DNA from: Raillietiella orientalis
Lineage: Eukaryota
Reading direction: 5' to 3'
DNA length: 64,000 bases
Assembly: GCA_036172245.1 (NCBI GenBank)
Contig: JAYWIR010000001.1
Coordinates: forward strand, 6,696,001-6,760,000
Shown piece by piece: positions 13,750-26,399 of the stretch. The notes under the pieces are model-generated. The model saw only the letters and a list, made by a program, of their open reading frames with translations. It did no database searches and was not told where the DNA came from. The number at the start of each line of letters is the position of its first letter. The first letter of the stretch is position 1. The position numbers and the translations under genes are program-made.

Positions 13750-14250
13750 TTAACCATCTTATTTAATGATTTTATGAAGTTGAGCCCCCAAGTTCGGAAC
13801 CGGAATGATCACGGATATACTGGGAACCCTTCGAGCCGCAATCAGACGATCCGCAGCCCGCTCGCGGAAAGTTGGTTTCCTTCTTTCGAGGGGACCCATC
13901 GTGAAGAGCCGTGAAGGAGCAATCGGTCCGCGTAGCCTCCGAGGGCCACTTGCACGAGAAGGCTTCTTTTCCGAAGAGGACACCGATAAGGACTTCTGAC
14001 GCGAGAATCTTCGAGGACAGCACTCGGGCGTTTGTCTGTTCCCCAAGAGCGCTTGCATGCTGCCACAGATGCAGAGGAAGTAAGCGCGGAGATCCGCGGT
14101 CCTGAAGAAAGCCACCAGGAAATCTTGCCAGCTTGCATTCTCTTTCCAATGTCTTGAGGGCTTCCCAGAACCCAACGGAAGGATCGAACGGCAATGCTCT
14201 CCCACTCACTAAAAATCTACGTCAGAATGGTGTAGCTGAAGTGTATGTGA
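13750..14250 (-). mobile_element. Possible APE endonuclease N-terminal remnant of a LINE ORF2
   Basis: GGFLQD (LQE-like) followed by VLIGVLFGK (GVxIL-like) in ORF 13772-14209. Weak. Confidence 0.3.
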
Positions 14251-14799
14251 AAACATTACGGACCATCATCCCATAAAAACCTGAATGAGAATGGTCCATT
14301 AGAAACACTCAGGCAGAGACATCTTATCAAGAAGAAAATGTCACTTGCTAGCTGCAAGAGTAACCTACTTATGCTACTTCTGACTCCACTCATATGAAAT
14401 CTGCTCAGGTTCCAGACAAAGACACTGGAGATGAAACAGTCTCTCTCTTTTCAGGAAGAATGACTCGAGCATATGTGCGGACCATCGGGAATTACGGAAA
14501 AGATTCTACCGTCGAGGCTTCCTCTGCAGACACACAGCCCTTTGCTCGTCCTTGACTGATTGAATTTCGCAACGATGCATTTTCCAACAAATCCGGAAAA
14601 GGATTCTCATAGATACTTGATACCTATGAAAACTTCTAAAAATCTTCGGTTCAATGGATTCATAAAATAATCAACATGAGCGTTACTCGTTCTTAGATTT
14701 CCGGTTCTCCCGACTCTCACAAGAACAGCATCAGCCAAAATATCTTTCTTCACATCACCACTACGAAAGGAAATGCATTGGAGACACTGCTCCTCGTCA

Positions 14800-16310
14800 G
14801 CAGCTTCCCGATGAGATCCGCACAGGAGGAGTGATGGAAAGGGTAAACAAAAACAAAAAAAAACAATAAAATTCAATTTAAAAATGCTCAGGGAGAAAGG
14901 GTAAGTAAGAGATCACAGATTTCTTCCTAGCGTCTTCAGCATCCTCTGGAGGATGTTGGCAACTTTCGCCTTCTGCTGGCGGACATGTGTCCATCTTGCC
15001 GCCTTCCCCATGGAAGAACAGACGATTGCGACGACCCCACCTTTCGACTGGCCCCCCTCGGAGCAGCTTCTCGCATCCACAACCGCACAAAGGCAGGAGA
15101 GAGCTTCAAGGGAAGCTGCAGGCGGCATCGTGCCGCGCGAGAAGAGGTTCCGCAAGACCTCTCTGCTGTTGTCCATGGAAAGTGATAGGACCGCAGAGAA
15201 GCGTTCTCAGGAGGGCTCAGGAGCTCAGGAGGGCAGCACAATCCAACAACAGATGAGGGAGGGATTCCCGTTCTCCGCGTCAGGCACAGTCTGGGACTAA
15301 CTCCCCCTCGTCCAGTGGTCCACTCGTGCGTTGCATGGGATCGCTCAATGCAACAATTGCAATGCGGAGTCCTGCCACTTGAGTGGAAGCGTGGAGCTGT
15401 CCACAAACACTGGAGAAATTTCTCTTGTTCCAGGAGGAATGTCCAGGAGAATTATTTTTTCCAGATTGTCTCCTCTGTTCCAGAAGCTGTGAAGATCAGC
15501 AGCTCCTAATCTCACAAGAACTCTTTCTCTTTCGTAGCTTCGAACCTTCCAAGAAACAAATACAACATTTAGGACGCCATCACCAAACCATGAGCGGTGA
15601 CCTTGAGAGAGCAAACCAAGGCACCTCCGCCGAAAATCAAGAGCGGACCTTTTTGAACTTCCTCCATACAATTCCTCGCCCCGAACTTCAGCCGTGTTTT
15701 TTGGAGTTCAGGTTTTGACCTCGCGCCATCGTCCTAGAAAAGCAAAGCACCCTCCAGCGAAGCTGAGAGAAAACTCTGGATTTAAGGCACGCCCCAGGGA
15801 TGAGTAAGAGGAGTTAATTCGTGAACCTCTCCGTCACGCATGGAAGAAGAGGTACCACGACACCAGCAAAAACACTGCAGGCGTCGCATGAGTCGCTCCA
15901 GCGCTCCCGCCAAACCCAAGGACCTTCCTCTTTGCATCCGGATGCGAGAAAAGCAACCGCATCGATAGAGAGCATGGCAACAGGGCCGTGTAGGCGCATA
16001 CCCTGGTGGAACGAAGCCGCAAAGAAGCTGCCACTCGAGTTGAAGGACCAGCTTTAGAGAGCACTCACGAGGCTCTTCAACGCTGTTACACGCCACCCGG
16101 GAGTGCGTGTCACTCTTCGAGTTGGGGGATACCCCGGGAGGGGACCATAGTGTGAATCCAGGGACGCTCCGGAGAAAGGAGTACGTTCCTCTTACGTTCC
16201 GGAGGGAACCCCTAAGGGAAACCTCTGCTTGGTTGTCTCCGAAGGGAACTCTGAAGGAACCCTCTTCCTTATTCTTTCCACAGAGACCCCATTTCCCACG
16301 ACGCACCCAT
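14800..16310 (-). mobile_element. Bipartite or internally deleted LINE: leader/ORF1 start joined to ORF2 3' end and 3' UTR
   Basis: 16065-16310 matches 50940-51150 (GKNKEEGS..PFGDNQ..VRGT; KSDTHSRVACNSVEE). 14910-15800 matches the ORF2 end at 31470-32300 (STLPLKWQ, GERESLPHLLLDC, PAASLEALSCL, ANILQRM*), then GTGATCTCTTACTTACCCT and a T-tract. Confidence 0.75.
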
Positions 16311-16319
16311 TCCTCTGGT

Positions 16320-19300
16320 GTCGATCCTTCTCCGGATGAAATTTGAATCCGCGACGCCAGGTGAGACGCGCCGCCAGTTTTCCGACACGGAGCGCTATCG
16401 CGGGCAGACGGGAGTGACGAGTTGGCGCCCGTCTGCTCGCGGGCCCGCGATCGTGTGGACCGGGCTTTTCCCGAAGCGAGCTCTCCCTCTCACGGAGCAC
16501 CTCCGCTGCCCCTCGATTGACCAGCAGAAAGCGCAGCGGAATTTCCGCTTCCGCCGTGCGCCGGCCTCGGACCACGGCGACCGCGACCTCACCAGCAGCC
16601 TTTGTGCTGGTGCTCGTTGCACTGAAGCAGTCCGCGGGAGGAGTGGCGCACGCGCGCTCACTCATGAGCACCACTTCGGACACGGCCAGCGGGTGGGAGA
16701 GAAGGAAGGAAGGAAGGATGACAACTCATGTCTTCCCTCCCACAAGGGAGTTCCCTCCCCCCCCTCGGATACCACGGAGGATAGTGGCGGCGGAAACGTG
16801 GGCTGCGACTCCCTTGCCCCTCGGCCGTGGAATGGGCGAGGGCATCGCAGACCTAGGACTCTAACTAGCCGTGACCAGAAAAGGTGGTCACCACTCGATC
16901 GCCGGAAACGGAAGGTTCTCGGCTCCTCCTCAGGTGAGACGCATCGTCAGCTACGCGGTCGCACGGAAGGGCAGGACGCCCTCGGAGACCCGACAGGGCC
17001 GTCCTTTCTCTTTCTCCTTTTCCCTCTGCCTCCGACCCAGGCAAGGCCAAGGTCGAGAGGGGCTGCGGAGACGCTTCCGGTTCGAATCGCGACGAGGGCA
17101 TCCATGCTCGCGGGCGTGGCATCCTCTCTGCAAAGCGAAGATCTTTCGCCGACGACCTTCCGGCAGGCTAAGCCCGCGTGTCGGCAGGCACCACCTTTGA
17201 CCACGAGGATTGAATTCTCAGGAATGAGGTGGGGGTGATGGAGGTTAGGCGGTAAGGGCCTGCAGATCTCGGCGGCGGAATTACCCCTGGCTGCGGAGGG
17301 AGCATCCTGCTGACGCCAACAGCGGAGATGCGCAAAGGCAGGAGGAGCCACCCGACCAGTGGGGCTGCTACTGCGACCTCACGTCCTCCAAGACTTGACC
17401 AACTGGCTCCCCCGACACGCGAGGAGAAGATCTGGGTGCAGCCCCGCATTTCACGTGCTCTGTCCGTCCATCCACGCATGTGGTGTCTGCGCTTCCGGAG
17501 ACGTGCGCGCTCCCCATGTGAATAAGCTCGTGCTGGCCTCTAACTTTCCCGGCGTCAGCGCCCTCCCCGATTTGAGGCAGCGGTCTTACCGCATGTCGAG
17601 CGTCCTCGAGAAAGCGGTGCCGCTCCGTGTGCGATCTCGTCGTTGGCGCGCCCGCGTGCGCGCTCAGTCCCCCCCTACGCCCATCCCTACCCTCCGTCGA
17701 CAGCCTTCCCTGAGCGATCCGCGTCCTTCCGAGGCTCGACACCCTCTTCCTCCCAGGCACCAGGAAACGGTCGCACATCCACCTGCAGGCACTCGGCGCA
17801 CTCCGCGATGTGTGCCGCGACCTCCTTTCCCAGCCTCGACCCGCACCCACGGTGCACCTCCGAAAAGACTCTCCCGTCCTCTGCGCGGGGAGTGGTCACC
17901 GCGTTTGGCGTCCATGGCTCTCCGTCCACTCATCCTCCAGAATGTAAATGCATGTGCTTTGTATTCGCTGCCGCATGCGACCGCAAAGCGCACCGTGGAA
18001 GCACTGTGGCAGCAGACTGGCGCGTCGCATGCGCTCCAGAGTGATGGCACGCGCTCCATCGGTCAGCGGACGGCGAACGACCGTAACGCAGGCACGACGA
18101 GTTAGCCGGCTGCAACCTGGGAAGCGCGCAGGCGCGGATACACGCGCGTGCAACCACGTGAGCGGGAAAGGTTGGCTTTCTCGCTGCTCGCCCCCTCTGA
18201 AAGACGCCGCTGCCACGGAGACCTCGGAAAGAATGGCAGATTGGGGAAAGCCACAGCTGCCCATACATACACCCAACTGCAACGTTCTTATAAGTAAAAA
18301 TTTGTTTTTACCAAGCTTCATATTGATCCTAGCCAAAAGGCCGAGAAGCGATTTCTTGGACGCCGCCACGAGCACGCACGCGCCTGCCGAGGCCCATGCG
18401 GAGGAAGAGTGACCGACGAACGGGACGTGATAAAGTGAGGCAGCGGCTGCGAAATCCGCCGGTGATGCCTGTCGGGCCCGCTTCCAGGGAACACATGGAA
18501 CCCACTCTAGAGACGCTCGGAAGCAACGAGCGGCCACGCTGGGTCTCATCCACGTCGACCGTGCGGCAATTCCCAGATTCGGCCCCAGAATGACTTCCGA
18601 ACGTCAGCAACCATTTGCAAGAAAGCACGCAAGCAGAGAAGAATCCAATCCGTCTGGACCGCTCTTGCGCGCGCGGAGCCACCCACGCAGACCCAGAGGC
18701 GGGGTGGCCGCGCTGCAGAGCCACCACCACCGATCCTGCCTGCGCAGACTGAAAGCCGACAGAGAGCAGCATGTCCGCAACCGAAACTTCGCCCGGCGCC
18801 TGCAGTACCAGCAGTCCCCGCGACGACTCGCGGGAGCCGCGCGCGTGTCGAGCAAGAGCAGGAGCAACCAGCGACGCCCTCGACGGGAGCCGCGGACGGC
18901 GCTGGCCAGGCCTCAAGCGCCCGACTGCGCCACTCGCATCGACCGGCGTGTCGAGACCACTAGCAGATCGTCTCGGGGAACGGACTCGCTGCCTCCAGGA
19001 AGCGCACAGTTTGCCCATAGGCTGAGGGCGGAGCGCCTCGCTCGTAGCAGCATCGTCTGTGGCCGCGAGGCGTCATCGAAAAGACCCGAGGAGATTTCTC
19101 CCAACTGCTCCTACGAGGATCACGTAAGAGGCAAAACGTGGGCCAGTAGGTTCAGCCTTGCGCGTTCGACCCGCAGGCAGCACGCTGACCTCGGCGTCGG
19201 AGCGCGCGACCACCATCAGCATGCGACCTGCACGTCGGAGGTCACGCGCTCCGAAACGGCAGTTGCCTCTGCGGACCTCCGGACGTTCCTTGACAGCTAG

Positions 19301-22300
19301 CCCGTTCCTCGGACGCCAGGGTCGCCATCGCTTCTTGTCGCTAGCGGGACTCAAGGGTCGAAAGGCACCGCCAACGGGTTGATCGCAGGGGGACGGTGAA
19401 GCGCGGCTCTCCTTCCTGTCGTCTCGCGTCGCGGATGAGGGTCACCTTGCAGCAGCCCGTCCGTTCGACCGACCGCGCCTTTTCCGCCGAACTCCCCGTC
19501 TGCATCTCATCGGCGACCTCGCATGAACGCCGTTTGTCGCCGGTGAGCGGGGACGGGAAGCGCGGCAAAGCACCTGCGTGGGTGGCGCACGAGCGACATG
19601 GAAGACAGAGAGCAATGTCAGCCGCGACCCAAGTTGGCGTTCCGAGCGCTTCGGCACGCCAACAGGCGGTGCGCCTCACGAGGCGATCGGCCGCCCGGTC
19701 GGTGGTCGACGTGCGGTCGGTTGCGCTCTCCTGAACTCGCTCTTTAGCAGATGCGAGGACCCTCCCCTTTCGCAGGAGCTTCCGTCCGCTGGGGGAGGCT
19801 CCCGCGACCAGGCGTCCTTTGCGCCCTTCCGCGCAGGCTCTTCACTCGCGCAACTACGACAGGTGACCGCTGGACGCCGCACAACGGAGTCCCCTGGAGA
19901 GGAAAGCAGACCCTTCTTCTTGGGGTTGTGATCAGTGGGTTTTCCGGACCAACGAGCACGGTCCTCGGACGGCACAGGAGCTTCTTCCTTCCCCAATCTC
20001 TCACACGCGGCGCTCTTCTCGGTCTCAGATACCGGCCGCGCCTCTGGAGCACACGTGGAGGGCAGCGCCTGCACGTCTCCAGTGGCGCTGCCGCTGGAAA
20101 GCGGGACGACGACATCGCGAGGAGGCGGAGCGGGAGGAAGGCCTCGCTCATCGCCTACCACGTGTTCCCGCCGGACTCCCTCCGGACGAGACCGTGCTCG
20201 GCAAACGAGAGAGGACGGACGCCGTGTAGGTCGTCGGCCGCGCAGCGCAGGAGAACAACGGGGCTCCTCTTCCCGGAGGACGCCTTGCCGTGTCCCGGTT
20301 GCGTGAGCCATCGCTCGGGAAACCCCGTCATTAGGGAATCGCTGCAGGTGCTGGTAGGGGCCGAGCGGACCCTCCGGAAGTCTCGCCGTCAGCAGGAAAG
20401 TTCCCCCAAAAAGCTGCAGCACGCGCGCGCCGTGAGGACGGGGAAGGGGTCGAGTCGAATTCCCTCCACGGGCACATCGGAGCATGCGGAAACGGAAGGG
20501 AGCAATTGGAAACGAATGCTGCGCATCACGGAGGGGGCTCTGTGGCGCGCGGCCTTTGCAGTGCCATCTCCGCGGCGCGCACCCCGACCTGCGGAAGGTG
20601 CCAGGCAGAGTGGCGAAGAAGGCCAGTGATAAGGCCAGCCCAATGTTTCTGCGCCATTGCGCGTTCCGTTCCAGGGCCGTGCATACGATGTTGCGGAAAG
20701 AGGAGGGTGCGCCGGACCAAGTCGCATGCTGGGGTTGCGCGGAAAAGCGTGGGAGTGTTCCCCTCTGGTGTGGGAACTGTCTCAGCAAGAATTTCGGAAG
20801 GGTGACTGACCCCACGGAGAGGGCGATCCTGTCGCGCGTGGGCCGCAGCAGGCACGTGAAATCTCGGCGCAGAGGTGAACCGGTCGAACTTCGCGCGAAC
20901 AGGTCCCGTATCCCTTGAGTCCCGTTGGCGAGCTCCCGTACGCTGCCGCGTGCTTGTCGTGGCCCAGGTTGGCGTGCGGCACGTGCGCGAATTCTCGTGA
21001 TAACGCCAACTGCACCGATTATCTTACCCTCACCCTCAGGGGACGGGACTCCGTGTCAGGGACTAGCAATCTGATCGGGATGGGAACGGAGCGGTCCCAT
21101 TCCGAGGAAAAAGGGAATTTCCATGTTCCCTTTTTCCCGGCCTCCTTTCGCTTTTCCGGACGGAGAGCACTCGCTGGAGCGCGCACTCCCGCGTGTCACG
21201 CACGGCCCGTGCACGCCAGCGCCGTCTGCTTCCTGATAGACGAAAGACGGAACGCAGCGGTGCTCTCAAAGAACAAGCCTCCCGTTGGCGAGGGGGCGGC
21301 ATGGCAGGCGCGGGTTCTTTCCAGAGGCGCGCTCCGCTGTCTCAGGAGGCCAAACCGCAGCCTGACGGCTATGTTACGCCGCTGACCTTCTATGCCGAGC
21401 AGCGCGACGGGAGGTTGAACTGTTCGTAGCGCGCTGGAGGACGCACTAGGACGCAGCTCAAAGGGCGGACACTGTACCAGCTTCCCGCCGAAAGCGATTG
21501 CAAGAGGCCTCGGGGGAGCCCATCTAAGAGGAAGGGGATTCTTCAAGAACGTGCGGCTCGCGAAACGATTCGCGCGGCCGCGCTGGCGACGATACGCACA
21601 GACGAGGGCGCGAGCGACTTCGGGTGGGAGCACGCGCGTATGCCATATCTGATTTATCGTCCAGGTGGCACCTGTGCCTAAGCCTCCTCGATGAGCTATG
21701 GGTGGACGAGCCTGCTCACTCCTTGGCGACCCTCCAGGTGTCACGGGACATGCGCAGCGGTTACACAGGGTATGAGCACGGGTGTGCTTCCTGGATAGAG
21801 AGCGGTCGAAGATCCCTCTTCGCTCCCACGTATCAGCACGCGATTCTGCTTATGCGCAGCAGAAATGAAAAGGCTGGAGTTGCCGGAGCTGTTCGGTGTG
21901 AATGAGCAGCAGATCCGGAGCGGTCGCATGGTCACCATGGTCAGTTTCCCCTCTTTCTCAGGAAAGGTACCGGAATGGTGGTGTGCCTGCTGCGTGGATG
22001 GAGAGGAACGGTGTCCTCGCAGCATATTTGATCCTCTGCATTTCCCGGGAACTTCTTTTGGTCGGTACAGCAGCCGTGTTCCGTGCCGTCGTTCGCAGTT
22101 CCGTTGCCAGCGGTCGGGTTGACAACGGAGGACGGGGCAGTCCTTCTCATCCGTTACTCCGCCAGGACGAACGCCTCGAACGTCTGTCTCTGGAAGATGC
22201 GACCAGTGAGAACCCGCGTTACGGATGCTGAGAGCATCTCCTGAGTCGTACTCGAATCTCTAGGTCCACCTTCCTCCGGGATGCATCCTCAGCCGCCTGC

Positions 22301-23300
22301 CCCGTCAGTCCTCGCTGCTGGATATCGCTTCTCGGCCTTTTGGCTAAGATCAAAGTGTATCCTGAGAAACCTGCCTCTGGTCAGCACCGGCTGCACGTCT
22401 CGGCACCCGGCCCGGTTCCTTATGACAAATAGGAATTCTGACCTCGTGAGGAAAGCTACTCACGGAGCCCTCCAGGATGCCGCTGGATTCGACCTCTCCT
22501 GACTCCGTTTCGTCCAGGAAGCTTCTCCGGGAAGCTCACGTGAGGAGGATGGTGAGAGCGCGCTCGCAGCGTGTCACGGGCTGATGAGAACGGAGACGCG
22601 CAAGCGCTCTCGTCTGCCGGGATTGCGGGATAGGCTTCCAGACTACTTTTTGGCAGCAGTGGGCGTCAGGGGGAGGGGTGGTGGATATGCAACTACGCGA
22701 ACTGAGATGGATGGAGTCACCAGGAAGAGGCGTGTTGAGATCGGCGGGCCCGTGGACAAAAGTCGGATGGGGCGACTCCCAGAGACGAGGTGCACCCTTC
22801 CGCTCACGCGTTCTGCCTGCTTCTCCCTGGTGACTGCTGCGTACCCTCCTACGCATCTTGATTGCAGAGGCGGATGGAGCCGCAGGGTCGTTTCTACGTT
22901 CTCTTCCCTTGTTGGACTTCCTTGCCCAGAAGGGCTGCAGAGTGGACAGCAGCCCTTCGCTCCTCTTCCGGTCCATTGCACCCTTGTCTCGCCCCCTGGA
23001 GCGCTCGCTCCGATGCGAGGTGCACCGCAGGACCTCTCAGGTCCGAAGTGCTGCCTGAAGACCTGGTTGCCCATCCCCGTGAAGTGTGCCCTCCTGACCT
23101 CCCCCATCTGCTCCCGGCTTCCTCTGTCCTGCCCTCATCGAGTTTTGGCCGGTTCCCGCCAGAGGTCACGTTTGGCCTCTTGTACCGAATCCCGTTGAAA
23201 GCGAGCCACTCAAAAGCGCGTAATGAGGAGGGGGTGCCGAATGCAGGGCCACTCGTCTTGAGGGTTCAGGCTGCTCGCACCCTTCTGCTCTCGGGTTCTC
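16320..23300 (+). mobile_element. Near-full-length, very GC-rich degenerate LINE (ORF1 remnant plus ORF2)
   Basis: RFRR..SDH..RD knuckle-like (~16545), MALRPLILQNVN (~17914), TRIDR (~18935), TESPGE (~19885). ORF 19751-20629 has GRKASLI, PCPG..IRES, QQESSPKKLQH and GARQ in RT-subdomain order. Then RHVKS and SLPLARG (~21278); local DNA similarity to the 9 and 10.7 kb copies at ~22760 and ~23045. Confidence 0.55.
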
Positions 23301-23349
23301 GCGAGGGCGAAGGACAGTGATGCTGCTGGCCGCGCGCAGGAGGAGGAGC

Positions 23350-25900
23350 TGAATTTCTTGGGGGCGTTCGCTGTCACTTTGCGCTGTAACCGGGCTCTTC
23401 ACGTTCGCAGGACGCGCTGTGGCTCGGCGCGTGCGAAGGGCGCGGTGGACGGTCGAAACGTCGGCTACCTTTGCGGCGCGGTGGACGAATGGACACTCGT
23501 CTTCCTCTCGTTTGCGAGGGCCGCGAGCCGGCATCACGGATCCCAGGGCATGGAGACCGAACGGGAACGCAGCTCCGGCGTTTTGTTGCTCCCGTGGAAA
23601 CGGTGCACCTCCATCGGGCTTCAGCCCTTCCGGTTTCCTCAGCGGTTTTGCGTCCCACTGCACACCGGCGCGGCATGGTAAGGGCAGGGCCGAGAGACAC
23701 GTCAGCGAGGGCGCGGTGTTGCTGTAGCCCAGCAGAGCTTCCAGCAACGCTGCGCTCCTATCCCTTCCCTTCCGGGGAGAACGAGATCGCCCGCAGCGAA
23801 AGGGAAGCGGGAAGGCGTACAGGCGAAGGTTCCCTCGATTAGGGGAGCGAAGGAATCCGGGGTGCATGCTTTTTGGAGACTTGCGGCGTTTCCAGGAAGA
23901 ACCTCTTTGGGCCAGCTGGTGGTTTCTCCCTCTGCGGAGGAAGGGGGGCATCGTGCTGCCATCTCCGAGCGGAGCGGGGAAGTCGCTCCGTGCGTCCCAG
24001 GGGCTGTGCGCGCGGAGCGCCTCCCGCTAGGAAAGGCGCAACGACGACGGAGAGCGAACGCTGCCAGGCTACTGGCTGCTGGCCCCTCAGCGTGTCCTTG
24101 AAGACGTTTTCCTGGAAACACTCCTCGCCCAGCGGTGGAAGGGATGCCGTAGATTGTCCGGACGCGGACTGTGCCTGGGCTGCGGGCTGCGCCGTCTCCC
24201 CTGCTCCCGAGGGGAGGGCTCGACGGTTCCTTCCTCGCAACGGGTGGGAGGAACTTGCAGAAGGGTGCCCACCTCGGATGTAGCGGGAAGGGAAACCAGG
24301 AGATCGGTGCAGGCGGCGGGAAACCGAACCGTTAGTTTTCGAGCATCTGGCGGGAGCGATGACGTCGCGAGTGCCGTCCGGCTTCGGGGACTGCGGCGAC
24401 GTGGACGCCAGCGGCTCCGAACAGCGCGACAAGCTGGTGCCCGCGGGCGCCGAGGAGCGGAGTGGGGTCTTCGGCTTTCCGACGGGGCGCACTCGGATAA
24501 ATCGCCACCGTCTGTCACCTGTTTCCCGTGGGAAGAAGGTCTGGGACGTGGGCGGCAGGAGCGATTCCTCTTCCTTAAGCGCAACGGAGGCTGAGGACGG
24601 GCGCTGTGGACCAGAGAGGAAGGGCCCGCCGCTCCGGTGTCCTTGGTGCGGCGCTGGTGCTCTTCTCGACGTGGGCCGAAGAAGCTCCTGTTCCGTCCTC
24701 AAGGCCTCTTCCGGTCGTCCAGGCACGCGCGCTCGTCTTCCGATGAAGCGTTCAGGCATCCTGCGCACCCGGAACTTCGGTCCCGTCTGCGAGTGCGTGG
24801 GGGCACTCCGTTTGTGGGACATCGGCGGGAAGAGCGCGCGCGCACCTACCCCTTCGAGAGCTCATCGAGTGGGGGGATGGAACGATCCCTGTAAATCCCT
24901 GTGCACAAGGAAGTCCGTGAGGCGCGAGCAGGAAGAGGGTGGAGCGTTGGGCCGTGATCTCGGTCCGCGAGGTTGGGATGAGTGGGACATCCCGCGTCCG
25001 GAAGGCCTGGTGGATGCTGCGGTGGCGAGCGGGCGTCCGGAAGAGAAAGGGCGGGAGGACTGCCGGATCGGAGACGTCCTGGGTGTTGGACTGGGAAGTG
25101 GTCGGTAATTCTCTGCTGCGTGGGCGCCTGACGCGGGGGCGGCGTCGCTGCAGAGTACCGCTTCTGCTGCTAGGTTCCTCCTCGGCAGGGATTGTCGTTC
25201 CGGGAGACGATGATCCTGTCGCTCCCTGCTGGTTGACGGATGGATTGGTCGCAGGTGAACACGAGCTCCCGTTTTATTGGTGGTGAAGGAGGGAGCGAAG
25301 GGGGAGGAACTGGCAGTTGGCAGCAGCGGGGACACTGCGACGGGGGACGACCAGTGAGGAATTCCCTGGGATGGTTCACATGAGGAGGCTAGTCAAGTGC
25401 TTTGACTTTTGGGTCTCTTCCTGTTAACCTAGTAGCCGTGAAATTGCGTAGGATCTCTGCGGGCGGTCTTGAGTGGTCAAGTGCCCCCAGGCGCAACAGT
25501 GGAAGCTGGTGGTCGGCTTTTGCCTTCGCTGCTTCCTGCGTGTCACGGTATCTCGGCTGGAGGCGGTCTGGTTGCGCCGGCACGCGTTTAGCTTCAGCTC
25601 AAAGAACAAGTTGGAGAATGCTGCCGTTCTATCTGGCTCCGATTCCGGCCTGATCTTAACGCCACCGGCTAGAACACCTCTGAAGAACATCGAAAGTTCC
25701 TCTTTGCACCGCAGCGGACGCAGGTGTCCGAGGCAGCTGACTGAAAAGCCAAGCAACTCAAGGAGGATCTCCTGACGGTCGCAGTCGAGGGTCTCCTGAA
25801 TATCCACTACGACGGTGCCTTCTCGGGGGCCATCCCACGTACGACACTCTGTCCGGGCATCACGAACTGATTCGCTCCTCTTCGCTCACCGCTCTTCTTC
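23350..25900 (-). mobile_element. Degenerate LINE 5' part (ORF1 and start of endonuclease)
   Basis: QEILLELLGFSVSCLGHL..LSMFF (Tx1 ORF1-like, ORF 25424-25807), MPERFIGRRARVPGRP..GH, then FQENV (~24110) and FFLET (~23890). Confidence 0.45.
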
Positions 25901-26399
25901 GCTCTTGTCATCCCCCAGTCTTGCTGAAGGTGTCGCTCGGCTCTCGTGCTACTTGCCTAGAGGCGAGCTTGGCCATCTTGCACTGAGAAGCAGATCCGTG
26001 CCTTCGCAACAAGTGCGTCCGCACCTTTGCTGTTTGTGTATGTGGGATGGGGGAGAAGACATTTTAAAGGAGCTGGCCACTCATCCTCGGGAACCGATAC
26101 AGGAAGGGAGGGACGTACCACCATCCTTTTGCTGCGGTGGTCCAGAGCGATACGGGGCGGGGTGCGGTACCGGTCATCGCTCCTGACTTGCCTCCATTGA
26201 TACACGTCTTAGCTCGTCCTCTCACCCTTGAGCGGAGGGGAGAGAAGTGGACGAGTTCTCGAAGGGAGATGAGCCAAGCGCTGGCGAATTCGGCGGATGG
26301 ATGAGAGGAGGATGAGAGGTCGCGAAAGGGCAAACCGACGGCCAAAGACCCTTGGGGAATCGCGCTCTTCATTTAATGGGAAGTGAGAGTCCTTTGAAG

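Noticed and set aside
15320-15361. CNCCIERSHATHEW, resembling a gag/ORF1 CX2CX4HX4C knuckle
   Set aside because: The DNA aligns with 31860-31920, where the conserved frame is ORF2 (WQxSALxLxHxxxPCNAR); the knuckle is an out-of-frame coincidence.
16318-25108. Many 200-380 aa ORFs as host genes
   Set aside because: They overlap on all frames, are R/P/A/G/S-rich, and are expected in very GC-rich DNA; no host protein was recognised.
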